Notes: generated by a model not told the origin, from the letters alone. A DNA stretch of 64,000 nucleotides from Alphaproteobacteria bacterium (GCA_964291215.2 OZ219790.1:1472001-1536000), one strand, 5' to 3'; positions 11,616 to 33,995 are shown, numbered from the stretch's first letter. Numbers and translations: made by a program.

Positions 11616-11877
11616 TGCCCTGTTCCCCTTGGGCGCCGACCGCGGCGCCGGCGTCAACGAGCTCCCATCGCTTGGTCTTCGATAGCGGGCGGCTTTCGCG
11701 AATGGTCACGCGGTCGCCCTCGCGGCACCGGTTCTCCGGATCATGGACGGCGAACTTCTTCGACCTGCGCATGATCTTCTTGTACAGCGGATGGCGAACC
11801 TGGCGGTCGACGCGCACGATCGCGGTCTTGTCCTGCCTGTCCGACACCACCGTCCCCTGCAGTTCTCGTCTCGGCAT
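11596..11877 (-). CDS. rpsQ: 30S ribosomal protein S17
   Basis: [28 protein letters not shown]. Confidence 0.97.
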   Translation of the reverse strand: MPRRELQGTVVSDRQDKTAIVRVDRQVRHPLYKKIMRRSKKFAVHDPENRCREGDRVTIRESRPLSKTKRWELVDAGAAVGAQGEQGNDHSGD

Positions 11878-11890
11878 GCCCCTGCGCTCC

Positions 11891-12094
11891 CTAGCCGCCG
11901 ACCGCGGCGCTGCGTTCGTTCATGATCGTGCTGATGCGCGCTATGTCGCGCCGCACCTCGCGGACGCGGCTCGTCGATTCGAGCGTTCCCGCCGCGGCCT
12001 GGAACCTGAGGCGGAAGCGTTGATGCTTGAGGTGCGCGAGCAGGTCGCGAAGTTCGTCGTCGGTTTTCTGGCGCAGATCGGCGGCGCTCGTCAT
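11891..12094 (-). CDS. rpmC: 50S ribosomal protein L29
   Basis: [12 protein letters not shown]...FRLRFQ...[11 protein letters not shown]; start ATG 12094. Confidence 0.96.
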   Translation of the reverse strand: MTSAADLRQKTDDELRDLLAHLKHQRFRLRFQAAAGTLESTSRVREVRRDIARISTIMNERSAAVGG

Positions 12095-12098
12095 TGCT

Positions 12099-12521
12099 TC
12101 AACTCCCCGCGCCCACGAGGCGCGCGACAACCCGGGTCCTGATCGGCAGCTTGGCGGCGGCGAGCTGCAGCGCCACCTTGGCGACATCCTCGGACACGCC
12201 GTCGACCTCGAACATGATGCGCCCCGACTTGACCCGCGCCGCCCAGTATTCGGGCGTGCCCTTGCCCTTGCCCTGGCGCACCTCGGCCGGTTTCTGGGAT
12301 ACCGGCAGGTCCGGAAATATGCGTATCCACACCCGGCCCGAGCGCCGCATGTGACGCGTGATCGCGCGCCGCGACGCCTCGATCTGGCGTGCCGTGATGC
12401 GTCCCGGGGACATTGCCTTGAGTCCGTACGACCCGAAATTGAGCGTCGTCGCGCCCTTGGCCTTGCCCCTGATGCGCCCCTTGTGCGCCTTGCGGAACTT
12501 TCTCTTCTTCGGTGCCAGCAT
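12099..12521 (-). CDS. rplP: 50S ribosomal protein L16
   Basis: [33 protein letters not shown]. Confidence 0.98.
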   Translation of the reverse strand: MLAPKKRKFRKAHKGRIRGKAKGATTLNFGSYGLKAMSPGRITARQIEASRRAITRHMRRSGRVWIRIFPDLPVSQKPAEVRQGKGKGTPEYWAARVKSGRIMFEVDGVSEDVAKVALQLAAAKLPIRTRVVARLVGAGS

Positions 12522-12545
12522 GGTTCCGGTTCCCCTGCGCCGCGC

Positions 12546-13226
12546 CTAGCGGCCGCCTTCCCTTTCCTGCCTGCGCGTATCCTGGGCCATCGGATCGTGG
12601 GCCAGGATCTCGCCCTTGAAGACCCAGACCTTGACCCCGCACGTGCCGTAGGTGGTGCGCGCGGTCGCGGTGCCGTAATCGACATCGGCGCGCAGCGTGT
12701 GCAGCGGCACCCGCCCCTCGCGGTACCACTCGGTGCGCGCGATCTCGGCGCCGCCGAGGCGGCCCGAGCAGTTGATGCGAATGCCGTCGGCGCCGAGCCG
12801 CATCGCCGACTGCACGGCGCGGCGCATGGCGCGGCGAAAGGCGACGCGGCGCTCAAGCTGCTGGGCGATGTTCTCGGCCGCCAGCCGGGCGTCGATCTCG
12901 GGCTTGCGCACCTCGACGATGTTGATGTGGATCTCGCTCTCGGTCATGGCCGCGACGTCGCGGCGCAGCTTCTCGATGTCGGCGCCCTTCTTGCCGATGA
13001 CGACCCCGGGGCGCGCCGAATGGATGATGACGCGCGCCTTCTTGGCCGGCCGCTCGATGATGATCTTGCTCACCGCGGCTTCGGAGAGCCGCTTCATCAG
13101 GAACTTGCGCAGACGGATGTCCTCATGCAGGAGATCCGCATACTGCCCGTCGCGGGCGTACCAGCGCGAATCCCAGGTGCGGTTTATGCCGAGACGAAGC
13201 CCGATCGGATTGACCTTCTGGCCCAT
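12546..13226 (-). CDS. rpsC: 30S ribosomal protein S3
   Basis: [37 protein letters not shown]. Confidence 0.98.
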   Translation of the reverse strand: MGQKVNPIGLRLGINRTWDSRWYARDGQYADLLHEDIRLRKFLMKRLSEAAVSKIIIERPAKKARVIIHSARPGVVIGKKGADIEKLRRDVAAMTESEIHINIVEVRKPEIDARLAAENIAQQLERRVAFRRAMRRAVQSAMRLGADGIRINCSGRLGGAEIARTEWYREGRVPLHTLRADVDYGTATARTTYGTCGVKVWVFKGEILAHDPMAQDTRRQEREGGR

Positions 13227-13606
13227 TAGAACTCCTCCTCGACCTCGCGCAGCACGATGGTCAGGTTGCTGAACGGCTTCTCGATACGGTTGAAGCGGCC
13301 GCGCCCGCGCAGCCGGGAGCGTCTCATGACCATGGTCCGCCCGGTCGTCGCCTCGGCGACGATGAGGCGGTCGACATCGAGCTGGTGGTTGTACTCGGCG
13401 TTGGCGATCGCCGACTCGAGAACGGCCCTGACGTTGCCGGCAACGCGGCGGCGCGACATCGCGAGCTCGTTGAGCGCCCTTTCGACCGGCAGACCGCGAA
13501 TCGACTGCGCCACCAGGTTGAGCTTCCGCGCGCTCCCGCGGATCATGCGCGAGAACGCCATTGCCTCGTTGCCGCGCAGCCGGCGCGGTCGGGAACGCTT
13601 GCCCAT
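13226..13606 (-). CDS. rplV: 50S ribosomal protein L22
   Basis: [23 protein letters not shown]; start ATG 13606. Confidence 0.96.
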   Translation of the reverse strand: MGKRSRPRRLRGNEAMAFSRMIRGSARKLNLVAQSIRGLPVERALNELAMSRRRVAGNVRAVLESAIANAEYNHQLDVDRLIVAEATTGRTMVMRRSRLRGRGRFNRIEKPFSNLTIVLREVEEEF

Positions 13607-13607
13607 G

Positions 13608-13886
13608 TCAGCCCCTCCGCGCCCTCTTGTCGGCAGCGTGGCCGTGATAGGTCCGTGTCGGCGCGAACTCGCCAAACTTGTGGCCGACCATGTTCTCGGT
13701 CACGAGCACGGGGATGTGCTTGTGGCCGTTGTGCACGCCGAAGGTGAGCCCCACGAACTGGGGCAGGATGGTCGAACGCCGCGACCAGGTGCGGATCACG
13801 TCATTGCGCCCCGAAGCGCGCGCGCGTTCCGCCTTCTTGAGCAGGTAGCCGTCGACGAACGGGCCTTTCCACAGGGAGCGGGCCAT
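13608..13886 (-). CDS. rpsS: 30S ribosomal protein S19
   Basis: [31 protein letters not shown]. Confidence 0.98.
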   Translation of the reverse strand: MARSLWKGPFVDGYLLKKAERARASGRNDVIRTWSRRSTILPQFVGLTFGVHNGHKHIPVLVTENMVGHKFGEFAPTRTYHGHAADKRARRG

Positions 13887-13898
13887 GGTGCGGGCCTC

Positions 13899-14729
13899 CT
13901 ACTTCTTGCGCCGCCGACGGCGCATGATGAGCGCATCGGACTTCTTCTTCGAGCGCGTTCGCGCGCCCTTGGTCGGCTTGCCCCACGGCGACACCGGGTG
14001 GCGGCCGCCCGAGGTGCGGCCCTCGCCGCCGCCATGGGGATGGTCGACCGGGTTCATCGCCACGCCGCGCACCTGCGGCCGGCGGCCGCGCCAGCGGTTG
14101 CGGCCCGCCTTGGCGAGGTTGATGTTCTGGTTGTCGGAGTTCGAGACCGCGCCAACCGTGGCCATGCACTTGGCCGACACCATGCGCAGCTCACCCGACG
14201 ACAGCCGGAGCTGCGCGTATCCCGAGTCCTTGCCAATGAGCTGCACGTAGGTGCCCGCAGCGCGCGCCATCTGCCCGCCACGGCCCGGCTTCATCTCGAC
14301 ATTGTGGATGATGGTGCCGACCGGCATGTTCTCCATCGGCATCGCGTTGCCGGGCTTGATGTCGGCGCGCTCGGCGGAGACGATGACGTCGCCGGGGCCG
14401 AGCCGCTGCGGCGCCAGAATGTAGGCCTGTTCGCCGTCCTCATAGCGCACCAGCGCGATGAAGGCCGAACGGTTGGGATCGTATTCGAGCCGTTCCACGG
14501 AGCCGGGCACGCCGAACTTGCGGCGCTTGAAGTCGATGACGCGGTAGAGCCGCTTGTGACCGCCGCCGCGGCGGCGCGAAGTGATGCGGCCCTGGTTGTT
14601 GCGCCCGCCGCTCTTGCTCAGACCCTCGGTCAGCGTCTTGACCGGGCGGCCCTTCCACAGTTCGGAGCGGTCGACGAGCACGAGGCCGCGGGTTGCGGAC
14701 GTGATCGGGTTGTAGTGCTTGAGCGCCAT
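13899..14729 (-). CDS. rplB: 50S ribosomal protein L2
   Basis: [36 protein letters not shown]. Confidence 0.98.
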   Translation of the reverse strand: MALKHYNPITSATRGLVLVDRSELWKGRPVKTLTEGLSKSGGRNNQGRITSRRRGGGHKRLYRVIDFKRRKFGVPGSVERLEYDPNRSAFIALVRYEDGEQAYILAPQRLGPGDVIVSAERADIKPGNAMPMENMPVGTIIHNVEMKPGRGGQMARAAGTYVQLIGKDSGYAQLRLSSGELRMVSAKCMATVGAVSNSDNQNINLAKAGRNRWRGRRPQVRGVAMNPVDHPHGGGEGRTSGGRHPVSPWGKPTKGARTRSKKKSDALIMRRRRRKK

Positions 14730-14732
14730 CGG

Positions 14733-15056
14733 TCAGAACCCCGTCTCGATGTCGATGAAATAGCCGTCCTCAAGGCAGACGATCGCCTTCTTGTAGTCGG
14801 CCTGGCGGCCGATGCGGCCGCGGAAGCGCTTGACCTTGCCCTTGCAGCGCACGGTGTTGACCGACCTGACCTCAACCTCGAACAGCAACTCGACGGCAGC
14901 GCGGATCACCGGCTTGGTAGCGCGGAGCGGCACCCGGAAGGTCACCTGGTTGAACTCGGAGCCGTGCACCGACTTCTCGGTGACGACGGGCCTGAGGATA
15001 ATGTCGCAGGCCGCGTCCGGACTCACACGGGCCGGCCGGTAGTACTTCCAGCTCAT
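14733..15056 (-). CDS. rplW: 50S ribosomal protein L23
   Basis: [23 protein letters not shown]. Confidence 0.96.
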   Translation of the reverse strand: MSWKYYRPARVSPDAACDIILRPVVTEKSVHGSEFNQVTFRVPLRATKPVIRAAVELLFEVEVRSVNTVRCKGKVKRFRGRIGRQADYKKAIVCLEDGYFIDIETGF

Positions 15057-15673
15057 GACAGCCGCTCCTGAAGATGTTCGGCCGCCGCGCGCGTGAGCAC
15101 CAGCATGTCGCGGCGCACGATGTCGTAGACGTTCGCGCCCTGCTGCGGCAGGACGTCGACGTTGGGCAGGTTGGCGGCGGCGCGCGCGAGGTTGGAGTCG
15201 ACCTCGGAACCGGTGACGATGAGCACGTTCGACCAGCCGAGGGCGGCGAGCCTAGCCGCAAGCTCGCGCGTCTTCGGCGCATCGAGCGCGGCGTCGTCGA
15301 GAATGGCAAGCCGACCCGCGGCCTGCTTGTCCGAGAGTGCCGAGCGCATGGCGAGCCGGCGGACCTTGCGCGGCAGCCGGTGCGCGTGGTCGCGGACCAC
15401 GGGACCGAAGACGGTGGCGCCGCCGCGGAACTGGGTCGCCCGCGTGGTGCCGGCGCGCGCGCGTCCGCCGCCCTTCTGGCGCCACGGCTTGGCAGTGCTG
15501 CCGCGGATCTCGCTGACGGTCTTGGTCTTGTGGTTGCCCGAGCGCCGCTTGGCGAGCTGCCAGTTGACCATGCGGTGCACGATGTCGTGGCGAACTTCGG
15601 CGCCGAAGACGGTCTCGGAAAGGTCGACGGAGCCGGCGGCGCCGTTGTCGAGCGTGATGACATCAAGTTTCAT
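15053..15673 (-). CDS. rplD: 50S ribosomal protein L4
   Basis: [24 protein letters not shown]; start ATG 15673 (MKLDVI). Confidence 0.97.
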   Translation of the reverse strand: MKLDVITLDNGAAGSVDLSETVFGAEVRHDIVHRMVNWQLAKRRSGNHKTKTVSEIRGSTAKPWRQKGGGRARAGTTRATQFRGGATVFGPVVRDHAHRLPRKVRRLAMRSALSDKQAAGRLAILDDAALDAPKTRELAARLAALGWSNVLIVTGSEVDSNLARAAANLPNVDVLPQQGANVYDIVRRDMLVLTRAAAEHLQERLS

Positions 15674-15707
15674 GGTGCGCGATTCCGTCCTGTCCCCGCC
15701 TCGACAT

Positions 15708-16430
15708 TCACGATGCGGCTTCGCCGTCCGCCGGCATGCCGTCGTCGGCCGATGCGTCGCCGCGCAGTCCGGCCGGGAAAGGCACGCCGTCGGGAAGCGG
15801 CCGCTTGCTGGCGTCGAACACCTCGACCCAGGCGCCGTCATGGCCGGGCACGCTGCCGCGCACCAGGATGACGCCCTGCCCGGCATCGGCGCGCACGACC
15901 TCGAGGTTCTGCACGGTCGCCCGCCGCGCCCCGAGATGGCCGGCCATCTTCTTGCCCTTGAAGACCTTTCCCGGATCCTGGGAGTTGCCCGTCGAGCCGT
16001 GGCTGCGGTGACTGACGGAGACGCCGTGGCTGGCCTCGAGCCCGCCGAAATTGTGCCGCTTCATGCCACCGGCAAAGCCCTTGCCGATCGACACGCCGGC
16101 AACATCGACGAACTGACCCGGAACGAAATGGCCGGCGGTGAGTTCTGCGCCGACCTCGAGAAGCGCGTCGTCGTCGACGCGGAACTCCGCCAGCACCCGC
16201 TTGGGCTCGACGCGGGCGCGCGCGAAATGTCCGCGCATCGGCTTCGAGACGTTCTTGGCCTTGGCCCGGCCGGCGCCGATCTGGACCGCGGAGTAACCAT
16301 GGCTGTCGCGCGTGCGCACATCGACGACCTGGCACGAATCGACCTCAAGCACGGTGACCGGCACGTGGCGGCCGTCATCCGAGAAGACCCGCGTCATGCC
16401 GGCCTTGCGCGCTATGAGTCCGGAACGCAT
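15708..16430 (-). CDS. rplC: 50S ribosomal protein L3
   Basis: [30 protein letters not shown]. Confidence 0.98.
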   Translation of the reverse strand: MRSGLIARKAGMTRVFSDDGRHVPVTVLEVDSCQVVDVRTRDSHGYSAVQIGAGRAKAKNVSKPMRGHFARARVEPKRVLAEFRVDDDALLEVGAELTAGHFVPGQFVDVAGVSIGKGFAGGMKRHNFGGLEASHGVSVSHRSHGSTGNSQDPGKVFKGKKMAGHLGARRATVQNLEVVRADAGQGVILVRGSVPGHDGAWVEVFDASKRPLPDGVPFPAGLRGDASADDGMPADGEAAS

Positions 16431-16442
16431 CGGCCGGCCGCC

Positions 16443-16751
<309 letters not shown>

Positions 16752-16777
16752 CTCGGGGCCTCTCGCTGCCGGGTGTT

Positions 16778-17968
16778 TTATTCGGTGATGGCGGCGACGA
16801 CGCCGGCGCCGACGGTGCGTCCGCCCTCGCGGATTGCGAAGCGCAGCCCCTCGCTCATCGCAATCGGCGCGATCAGCTCGACCTCCATCGACACGTTGTC
16901 CCCCGGCATCACCATCTCCGTGCCCTCCGGAAGCGCAACCTGACCCGTCACGTCCGTCGTCCGGAAGTAAAACTGCGGACGGTAGTTCGAAAAGAACGGC
17001 GTGTGACGGCCGCCCTCGTCCTTGGTCAGAACATACGCCTCCGCCTTGAACTTCGTGTGCGGACGTATCGAGCCCGGCGCCGCCAGAACCTGACCTCGCT
17101 CGACGCCGTCGCGGTCGACACCGCGCAGCAGACACCCGACATTGTCGCCAGCCTCGCCCGAATCCAGAAGCTTGCGGAACATCTCGACGCCCGTGACAAC
17201 CGTCGACGACGTGTCGCGAATGCCCACAACCTCCACATTGTCGCCGACATTGATCACGCCGCACTCGATGCGGCCCGTCACCACCGTGCCACGGCCCGAT
17301 ATCGAGAACACATCCTCGATCGGCATCAGAAACGGCTGGTCGCGCGGACGCTCGGGCTGCGGAACATACGAATCCACAGCCTCCATCAGCGCAATCACAG
17401 AGCCCCGACCCTGCTCGCCGTCGCCGCCCTCGAGCGCCTCAAGCGCCGATCCCTGAATAACCGGGATGTCGTCGCCCGGAAAATCATACGAACTCAGAAG
17501 CTCGCGCACCTCAAGCTCCACAAGCTCCACAAGCTCCGGATCGTCAACCTGGTCAACCTTGTTCAGATACACGACTATCGCCGGAACACCGACCTGACGC
17601 GCCAGAAGTATGTGCTCGCGCGTCTGCGGCATCGGACCGTCCGCCGCGCTCACAACCAGAATCGCCCCGTCCATCTGCGCCGCGCCGGTGATCATGTTTT
17701 TCACATAGTCCGCGTGACCCGGACAGTCGACATGCGCGTAGTGACGATTCGACGTCTCGTACTCGACATGCGCCGTCGCAATCGTGATCCCGCGCTCGCG
17801 CTCCTCCGGCGCCTTGTCAATCTGGTCGTACGCCGTAAACTCCGCGCCGCCAGACTCCGCCAGAATCTTCGTAATCGCCGCCGTCAACGTCGTCTTCCCA
17901 TGGTCAACATGACCAATCGTACCGACGTTGCAGTGCGGCTTCGTACGCTCAAACTTCGCCTTCGCCAT
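16778..17968 (-). CDS. tuf: Elongation factor Tu (str-operon copy)
   Basis: [34 protein letters not shown]; start ATG 17968. Confidence 0.99.
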   Translation of the reverse strand: MAKAKFERTKPHCNVGTIGHVDHGKTTLTAAITKILAESGGAEFTAYDQIDKAPEERERGITIATAHVEYETSNRHYAHVDCPGHADYVKNMITGAAQMDGAILVVSAADGPMPQTREHILLARQVGVPAIVVYLNKVDQVDDPELVELVELEVRELLSSYDFPGDDIPVIQGSALEALEGGDGEQGRGSVIALMEAVDSYVPQPERPRDQPFLMPIEDVFSISGRGTVVTGRIECGVINVGDNVEVVGIRDTSSTVVTGVEMFRKLLDSGEAGDNVGCLLRGVDRDGVERGQVLAAPGSIRPHTKFKAEAYVLTKDEGGRHTPFFSNYRPQFYFRTTDVTGQVALPEGTEMVMPGDNVSMEVELIAPIAMSEGLRFAIREGGRTVGAGVVAAITE

Positions 17969-17997
17969 TGCCGTGTTCCTCGAAAACCGCCGCCCGG

Positions 17998-20073
17998 TCA
18001 CGCCAAGCTGGCGCGCACCTCGTCGGCGACGCCCTGCGGCACCTGCTCGTAGCTGTCAAAATGCATGGTAAACTGCGCCCGCCCCTGGCTCATCGAGCGC
18101 AGGTTGTTGACGTAGCCGAACATGTTGGCGAGCGGAACGCGAGCGCTGATGGTGCGCGCGTTGCCGCGCGTGTCCATGCCCTGGACGTGCCCGCGGCGCC
18201 CGTTGAGATCGCCGATGATGTCGCCCATATACTCCTCGGGCGTGACCACCTCGACGAGCATCATCGGCTCGAGAAGCTTCGGCGACGCCTTCTCGAGGCC
18301 CTCGCGGAAGGCGGCGCGCGCCGCAATCTCGAAGGCCATGACCGAGGAGTCCACGTCGTGGCTGTCACCATCGACGAGCGTCATGCGCACGCCGGTGACG
18401 GGAAAGCCGGCGAGCACGCCCGATGCGGCGGCGCCGCGCAGCCCCTTCTCAACGCCGGGCACGTATTCCCGCGGCACTGCGCCGCCGACGATGCGCGATT
18501 CGAACTCGAGCCCGTTGCCCGCTTCGAGCGGCTCGAACAGGATCTTCACGCGCGCGAACTGGCCGGCGCCGCCGGTCTGCTTGCGGTGGATATGGTCGAT
18601 CTCGGTCGACCTCGAGATGGTCTCGCGGTAGGCGACCTGCGGCGCACCCACATTGGCGTCGACCTTGAACTCGCGGCGCATGCGGTCGACGAGAATCTCG
18701 AGATGAAGCTCGCCCATGCCGCCGATGACGGTCTGGCCGCTCTCCTGGTCGCTGGCGACGCGGAAGGACGGGTCCTCCTGGGCGAGCCGCGACAGCGCGA
18801 CCGACATCTTTTCCTGGTCACCGGCGGTGCGCGGTTCGACGGCGACCTCGATGACCGGCTCGGGAAACTCCATGCGCTCGAGAATAACGGCGGCGGCAGG
18901 ATCGCACAGCGTGTCGCCGGTACCGACATTCTTGAGCCCGGCAAGCGCCACGATGTCGCCGGAGCGCGCCTCGCGGATATCCTCGCGGCTGTTGGCGTGC
19001 ATGAGCAGCATGCGGCCGACGCGCTCGCGCGCGCCGCGCACCGGGTTGAGCATGCTGTCGCCGGACCGCAGCACCCCGGAATAGATGCGCACGAAGGTGA
19101 GCGTCCCGACGAACGGGTCGGTCATGATCTTGAAGGCGAGCGCGGCAAACGGCTCGTCGTCGCTGTTCGAGCGCGTGATCTCGGTCTCGTCGTCGGCGGC
19201 GACGCCACGGATGGCGGCGACGTCAGTCGGCGAGGGCAGGTAGCGCACGACGGCGTCGAGCAGTGGCTGCACGCCCTTGTTCTTGAAGGCGCTGCCGTTG
19301 AGAACCGGCACGATCGCGTTGGCCGCCGTGCCCCGGCGCAAGCACGCGATCAGGACCTCCTCCGGCGGCTCAGTGCCGTCGAGATAAGCCTCCATCGCCG
19401 CCTCGTCGAACTCGACCGCGGCCTCGATCAGCCGTTCGCGCCACAGCGCGGCCTCGGCGGCGCTGTCGGCCGGTACCGGGCCGGTCTCGAACTCGGCGCC
19501 GAGGGTCTCGTCCTTCCACACCACGACCTCGTTGCGGATCAGGTCGATGACACCCTCGTAGCCGGCTTCGGCGCCCAGCGGCAGCTGCAGTACCACCGGG
19601 CTGGCGCCGAGGCGGTCGCGGATCATGTCGACACAGCGGAAGAAATCGGCGCCGGTGCGATCCATCTTGTTGACGAAGCAGATGCGCGGCACGCCGTACT
19701 TGTCGGCCTGGCGCCACACCGTCTCCGACTGCGGCTCGACGCCGGCGACTGAATCGAACACGGCAACGGCGCCGTCGAGCACGCGCAGCGAGCGCTCGAC
19801 CTCGATGGTGAAGTCGACATGGCCCGGCGTGTCGATGATGTTGATGCGATGATCGTCCCATGCGCAAGTGGTGGCGGCCGAGGTGATCGTGATGCCGCGT
19901 TCCTGCTCCTGCTCCATCCAGTCCATCGTCGCGGTGCCGTCATGCACCTCGCCGATCTTGTAGGACCGTCCGGTGTAGTAGAGGATGCGCTCCGTCGTCG
20001 TCGTCTTGCCAGCGTCGATATGCGCCATGATGCCGATATTGCGGTAGCGGTGGACGGGTGTACTGCGCGACAT
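17998..20073 (-). CDS. fusA: Elongation factor G
   Basis: [38 protein letters not shown]; start ATG 20073. Confidence 0.98.
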   Translation of the reverse strand: MSRSTPVHRYRNIGIMAHIDAGKTTTTERILYYTGRSYKIGEVHDGTATMDWMEQEQERGITITSAATTCAWDDHRINIIDTPGHVDFTIEVERSLRVLDGAVAVFDSVAGVEPQSETVWRQADKYGVPRICFVNKMDRTGADFFRCVDMIRDRLGASPVVLQLPLGAEAGYEGVIDLIRNEVVVWKDETLGAEFETGPVPADSAAEAALWRERLIEAAVEFDEAAMEAYLDGTEPPEEVLIACLRRGTAANAIVPVLNGSAFKNKGVQPLLDAVVRYLPSPTDVAAIRGVAADDETEITRSNSDDEPFAALAFKIMTDPFVGTLTFVRIYSGVLRSGDSMLNPVRGARERVGRMLLMHANSREDIREARSGDIVALAGLKNVGTGDTLCDPAAAVILERMEFPEPVIEVAVEPRTAGDQEKMSVALSRLAQEDPSFRVASDQESGQTVIGGMGELHLEILVDRMRREFKVDANVGAPQVAYRETISRSTEIDHIHRKQTGGAGQFARVKILFEPLEAGNGLEFESRIVGGAVPREYVPGVEKGLRGAAASGVLAGFPVTGVRMTLVDGDSHDVDSSVMAFEIAARAAFREGLEKASPKLLEPMMLVEVVTPEEYMGDIIGDLNGRRGHVQGMDTRGNARTISARVPLANMFGYVNNLRSMSQGRAQFTMHFDSYEQVPQGVADEVRASLA

Positions 20074-20105
20074 GACGGGATTTCCTGAACCGACGTTCCG
20101 CTGGC

Positions 20106-20958
<853 letters not shown>

Positions 20959-21119
20959 GCCGTCCGTCCTGTCACTGTGGTTGCGTGGCGTCTGAACCGG
21001 AACGTTCGCGCACAAGGGTGCACGCGGCCGCTGATCCGGTTCACAGCCCACGCTGTCTGTTTATCCGTTTTCCTGCCGCGGCAGCTTCGGAGGGCCAGCG
21101 TCGCGATGCAGGCCCGCGG

Positions 21120-21148
21120 AACCTAGCCGCAGGCCGCGGCGCCGTCAA
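21120..21148 (-). promoter_or_regulatory. Sigma70-type promoter of the str operon
   Basis: Minus strand TTGACG-N17-TAGGTT with an upstream A-tract (UP-like) in the rpoC-rpsL gap. Confidence 0.6.
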
Positions 21149-21177
21149 CCCGGCCGCACGATTTTTTTTGCCGCCGC

Positions 21178-25371
<4,194 letters not shown>

Positions 25372-25415
25372 CCGCCGTCTCCTCGAGGGCCCCGGCGCCC
25401 GCAGGCACCGGGCGC

Positions 25416-29567
<4,152 letters not shown>

Positions 29568-29663
29568 GGGGCCCTCAATCGAATCGACGGGATGCCGGCG
29601 CCGGGGCGCCGGCGGCACTGGTACCGGAGCGGCCGGCGGCCCCGCACGGGGCGCCGGCCGCCA

Positions 29664-30041
29664 TTACTTGACCTCTACGGTCGCCCCCGCTTCTTCGAGC
29701 TTGGACTTGATGGCCTCGGCCTCGTCCTTGGCCACGGCTTCCTTGACCGCCTTGGGCGCGCCCTCGACGAGATCCTTGGCCTCCTTGAGGCCGAGCCCGG
29801 TGATGGCGCGCACCTCCTTGATGACGTTGATCTTTTTCTCGCCGAACGAGGCGAGGATGACGTCGAACTCGTCCTTCTCCTCGGCAGCGGCGGCCTCGGC
29901 CCCGCCAGCGCCGCCGGCAGCGACCGCGACCGGAGCGGCGGCCGAGACACCCCACTTCTCCTCGAGCATCTTCGACAGCTCGGCCGCCTCCAGCACGGTC
30001 AGGCTGGACAGGTCCTCGACAATTTGTTCAAGATTGGCCAT
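29664..30041 (-). CDS. rplL: 50S ribosomal protein L7/L12
   Basis: [33 protein letters not shown]; start ATG 30041. Confidence 0.98.
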   Translation of the reverse strand: MANLEQIVEDLSSLTVLEAAELSKMLEEKWGVSAAAPVAVAAGGAGGAEAAAAEEKDEFDVILASFGEKKINVIKEVRAITGLGLKEAKDLVEGAPKAVKEAVAKDEAEAIKSKLEEAGATVEVK

Positions 30042-30091
30042 TTCGTGTTTCTCCCGTTCTCTCGATTGGATGTTGTTGATGTGTGTCCGGT

Positions 30092-30610
30092 TCAAGCGGC
30101 CTCGTCCTGGCGTGCGCGCGCAGCGAGCACGCGCGCGATCTGGCCGCCGGCAGCCTGCGTGCAGGCGGCGACGCGGCCCGCCGGCGCCTGGAGGAGCCCG
30201 ACGAGGCGCCCCCTGAGTTCGTCGAGCGACGGCACTCTGGCGAGGGTGACGACGCTGGGCACATCAAGCGTCCGATCGTCGAGGATGCCGCCGAGGACGG
30301 TGATGCCGCGGTTATCATCGGCATAGCCGACGATGACGCGCGCCGCCGCGACCGGGTCCTCCGACCAGGCGATCGCGGTCGGTCCCTGGAGCAACTCGGC
30401 GAGCGGCTCGAGCCCGGTACCGCTCACGGCGAGGCTGGCAAGGCTGTTCTTGGCCACCCTGAAGGCGGCGCCAGCCTCGCGCATCTGTCGCCTAAGCCGC
30501 GTCGATTCGGCAACCGTCATGCCGTGCTGGCTGACGATGACGACGAGGGTCGCGTCGGCGAGCGTCTCGCGGAGTTCGGCGACCACCTGTTCCTTCTCTC
30601 TCCGGTTCAC
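30092..30610 (-). CDS. rplJ: 50S ribosomal protein L10
   Basis: GTG start (NRREKEQVV), [21 protein letters not shown]. Confidence 0.96.
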   Translation of the reverse strand: MNRREKEQVVAELRETLADATLVVIVSQHGMTVAESTRLRRQMREAGAAFRVAKNSLASLAVSGTGLEPLAELLQGPTAIAWSEDPVAAARVIVGYADDNRGITVLGGILDDRTLDVPSVVTLARVPSLDELRGRLVGLLQAPAGRVAACTQAAGGQIARVLAARARQDEAA

Positions 30611-30698
30611 CTGACCGTCTCCCGTCCGTTCGTAACGCAGCCCCCGCGGGACACTCGCGTTCCGGTATCCATTGCGGCCCGCCGGCCGCCTCCGCGCG

Positions 30699-31409
30699 TC
30701 AGCCCTGGGTCGCGCGCTCAAGCACCGGGCCCACCTCAAGACGGATCCCGGGGCCCATGGTCGAGGACACCGACATCCTGCGGATATAGGTCCCCTTGGC
30801 ACCGCTCGGCTTGGCCCGGTTCACGGCGTCGACGAGCGCACAGATGTTCTCGGCGATATCCTCGGCGGAGAAGCTGGCCTTGCCGATGCCGGCATGAATG
30901 ATGCCGGCGCGCTCGACGCGGAACTCGATCTGCCCGCCCTTGGCGTCGCGCACCGCTTGGGCGACATCCTGGGTCACGGTGCCGAGCTTGGGGTTGGGCA
31001 TCAGTCCGCGCGGCCCGAGCACCCTGCCGAGACGGCCGACGACGGGCATCAGGTCCGGCGTCGCGATGCAGCGCTCGAAGTCGATGTCGCCCTTCTGCAC
31101 GGCCTCGGCGAGATCCTCGGCACCGACCACCTCGGCCCCTGCCTCGCGCGCCTCGTCGGCCTTGTCGCCGCGCGCGAACACCGCGACGCGGAGCGACTTG
31201 CCGGTGCCCTTGGGCAGCGAGGCGACGCCGCGGACCATCTGGTCAGCATGGCGCGGATCGACGCCGAGATTGATCGAGAGCTCGATGGTCTCGTCGAACT
31301 TCGCGGTTGCGTTCTCCTTGAGGAGCGCGACCGCCGCGTCGAGCGGGCGCGGCTGTTCGCGGTCGAACCCGTCATCGATCGCGGCGCGGCGCTTTCCCTT
31401 CGCTGCCAT
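30699..31409 (-). CDS. rplA: 50S ribosomal protein L1
   Basis: [33 protein letters not shown]. Confidence 0.98.
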   Translation of the reverse strand: MAAKGKRRAAIDDGFDREQPRPLDAAVALLKENATAKFDETIELSINLGVDPRHADQMVRGVASLPKGTGKSLRVAVFARGDKADEAREAGAEVVGAEDLAEAVQKGDIDFERCIATPDLMPVVGRLGRVLGPRGLMPNPKLGTVTQDVAQAVRDAKGGQIEFRVERAGIIHAGIGKASFSAEDIAENICALVDAVNRAKPSGAKGTYIRRMSVSSTMGPGIRLEVGPVLERATQG

Positions 31410-31413
31410 GATC

Positions 31414-31842
31414 CTACTCCTGCACCTGGATGCCCATGGACCGCGCCGAGCCCGCGAGAATGCGGACCGCGGCGTCGACGTCGTTGGCGTTGAGATCGGC
31501 CTTCTTCAGCTCCGCGATCTCGCGGAGCTGAGCCACGGTCACCGCGCCGGCGACCTGCACGCCGGGCTCGGACGCGCCCTTGGCGGCGCGCGCCGCCTTC
31601 TTGATGAAGTACGACGCCGGCGGCGTCTTGGTCTCGAAGGTGAAGGACTTGTCCGCGAACACCGTGATCACGGTCGGGATCGGAACGCCGCCTTCCTCGT
31701 TCTGGGTGTGGGCGTTGAACGCCTTGCAGAATTCCATGATGTTCAGGCCCGCCTGCCCGAGCGCCGGGCCGATCGGCGGCGACGGGTTGGCCTGCCCGGC
31801 CGGAACCTGCAGCTTGACGTATCCTTCAATCCTCTTGGCCAT
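31414..31842 (-). CDS. rplK: 50S ribosomal protein L11
   Basis: [24 protein letters not shown]; start ATG 31842. Confidence 0.98.
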   Translation of the reverse strand: MAKRIEGYVKLQVPAGQANPSPPIGPALGQAGLNIMEFCKAFNAHTQNEEGGVPIPTVITVFADKSFTFETKTPPASYFIKKAARAAKGASEPGVQVAGAVTVAQLREIAELKKADLNANDVDAAVRILAGSARSMGIQVQE

Positions 31843-31896
31843 CGTTCCTCGCATCCTGCACCGACGGCGGCGTCGGCGCGCGCCGGGCGGCGCGCC

Positions 31897-32427
31897 TCAG
31901 AGTTTCTCCACCTGTCCGTATTCGAGTTCGACCGGGGTCGAGCGCCCGAAGATCGAGACCGCGACCTTGAGCCGTGCCCGCTCCTCGTCGACGTCCTCGA
32001 CGAGGGCGTTGAACGAGGTGAACGGGCCGTCGGCGACACGCACCTGCTCGCCGATGTCGAAGGTGATCGACGGCTTGGGTCGCTCGACGCCCTCGCGGAT
32101 CTGGTTCTTGATGTTCAGGATGTCGCGCTCCGACAGCGGGCTCGGACGGTTGGCCGAGCCGACGAAGCCGGCGACCTTAGGCGTGTCGTTGACAAGATGC
32201 CAGGCATCGTCGGTCATGTCCATCCTGATGAGCACGTAGCCGGGGAAGATCTTGCGCTCGGACTGGACCTTGGCGCCGCGGCGCATCTGCACCACCTCTT
32301 CGGTCGGCACCATGACCTCCTCGATGACGTCGTCGAGGCCGAGCTGGCGCGCCTGGTCGCGGATCGATTCGGCGACCCGGTTCTCGAAGCCGGAATAGGT
32401 CTGGACGACGTACCAGTGGGCGGTCAT
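31897..32427 (-). CDS. nusG: Transcription termination/antitermination factor NusG
   Basis: WYVVQTYSGFE, FPGYVL, VSIFGRSTPVEL; start ATG 32427. Confidence 0.98.
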   Translation of the reverse strand: MTAHWYVVQTYSGFENRVAESIRDQARQLGLDDVIEEVMVPTEEVVQMRRGAKVQSERKIFPGYVLIRMDMTDDAWHLVNDTPKVAGFVGSANRPSPLSERDILNIKNQIREGVERPKPSITFDIGEQVRVADGPFTSFNALVEDVDEERARLKVAVSIFGRSTPVELEYGQVEKL

Positions 32428-32627
32428 GCGGCGCCTCCGAGTCCGAGAATCGCCTTGACGCCGACCGAGAGGACCTGGTCGACGGCGAGGAAGAAGATGG
32501 CGGCGATGGTGACGAAGATGAACACCATCACCGTCGTGACCAGGGTTTCGCGACGCGTCGGCCACGTCACCCTCGACATCTCGCGCCGTACCTGCTGGAC
32601 GAATTCGCCCGGATTGGTTCTTGCCAT
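32424..32627 (-). CDS. secE: Preprotein translocase subunit SecE
   Basis: EMSRVTWPTRRET plus one TM helix, between tRNA-Trp and nusG. Confidence 0.96.
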   Translation of the reverse strand: MARTNPGEFVQQVRREMSRVTWPTRRETLVTTVMVFIFVTIAAIFFLAVDQVLSVGVKAILGLGGAA

Positions 32628-32692
32628 CGGCTTTCCGTGCCTTCCCGGCCCCGGCGCGTCGCCACGGGCCGTTCCCGGCGATGTCCCGGAGG

Positions 32693-32768
32693 TGGCAGGA
32701 GTGGAGGGATTCGAACCCCCAACCCCCGGTTTTGGAGACCGGTGCTCTGCCAGTTGAGCTACACTCCT
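32693..32768 (-). tRNA. tRNA-Trp(CCA)
   Basis: AGGAGTGTAGCTCAACTGG...CTCCAAA...GGTTCGAATCC...CCA; cloverleaf, anticodon CCA. Confidence 0.97.
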
Positions 32769-32804
32769 GAGGTCATCGCCCCTGACTGCCGGCGTCTTGG
32801 TGTT

Positions 32805-33995
32805 TTATTCGGTGATGGCGGCGACGACGCCGGCGCCGACGGTGCGTCCGCCCTCGCGGATTGCGAAGCGCAGCCCCTCGCTCATCGCAATCGGCGCGAT
32901 CAGCTCGACCTCCATCGACACGTTGTCCCCCGGCATCACCATCTCCGTGCCCTCCGGAAGCGCAACCTGACCCGTCACGTCCGTCGTCCGGAAGTAAAAC
33001 TGCGGACGGTAGTTCGAAAAGAACGGCGTGTGACGGCCGCCCTCGTCCTTGGTCAGAACATACGCCTCCGCCTTGAACTTCGTGTGCGGACGTATCGAGC
33101 CCGGCGCCGCCAGAACCTGACCTCGCTCGACGCCGTCGCGGTCGACACCGCGCAGCAGACACCCGACATTGTCGCCAGCCTCGCCCAAATCCAGAAGCTT
33201 GCGGAACATCTCGACGCCCGTGACAACCGTCGACGACGTGTCGCGAATGCCCACAACCTCCACATTGTCGCCGACATTGATCACGCCGCACTCGATGCGG
33301 CCCGTCACCACCGTGCCACGGCCCGATATCGAGAACACGTCCTCGATCGGCATCAGAAACGGCTGGTCGCGCGGACGCTCGGGCTGCGGAACATACGAAT
33401 CCACAGCCTCCATCAGCGCAATCACAGAGCCCCGACCCTGCTCGCCGTCGCCGCCCTCGAGCGCCTCAAGCGCCGATCCCTGAATAACCGGGATGTCGTC
33501 GCCCGGAAAATCATACGAACTCAGAAGCTCGCGCACCTCAAGCTCCACAAGCTCCACAAGCTCCGGATCGTCAACCTGGTCAACCTTGTTCAGATACACG
33601 ACTATCGCCGGAACACCGACCTGACGCGCCAGAAGTATGTGCTCGCGCGTCTGCGGCATCGGACCGTCCGCCGCGCTCACAACCAGAATCGCCCCGTCCA
33701 TCTGCGCCGCGCCGGTGATCATGTTTTTCACATAGTCCGCGTGACCCGGACAGTCGACATGCGCGTAGTGACGATTCGACGTCTCGTACTCGACATGCGC
33801 CGTCGCAATCGTGATCCCGCGCTCGCGCTCCTCCGGCGCCTTGTCAATCTGGTCGTACGCCGTAAACTCCGCGCCGCCAGACTCCGCCAGAATCTTCGTA
33901 ATCGCCGCCGTCAACGTCGTCTTCCCATGGTCAACATGACCAATCGTACCGACGTTGCAGTGCGGCTTCGTACGCTCAAACTTCGCCTTCGCCAT
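32805..33995 (-). CDS. tuf: Elongation factor Tu (tRNA-linked copy)
   Basis: Near-identical to 16778-17968. Confidence 0.99.
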   Translation of the reverse strand: MAKAKFERTKPHCNVGTIGHVDHGKTTLTAAITKILAESGGAEFTAYDQIDKAPEERERGITIATAHVEYETSNRHYAHVDCPGHADYVKNMITGAAQMDGAILVVSAADGPMPQTREHILLARQVGVPAIVVYLNKVDQVDDPELVELVELEVRELLSSYDFPGDDIPVIQGSALEALEGGDGEQGRGSVIALMEAVDSYVPQPERPRDQPFLMPIEDVFSISGRGTVVTGRIECGVINVGDNVEVVGIRDTSSTVVTGVEMFRKLLDLGEAGDNVGCLLRGVDRDGVERGQVLAAPGSIRPHTKFKAEAYVLTKDEGGRHTPFFSNYRPQFYFRTTDVTGQVALPEGTEMVMPGDNVSMEVELIAPIAMSEGLRFAIREGGRTVGAGVVAAITE

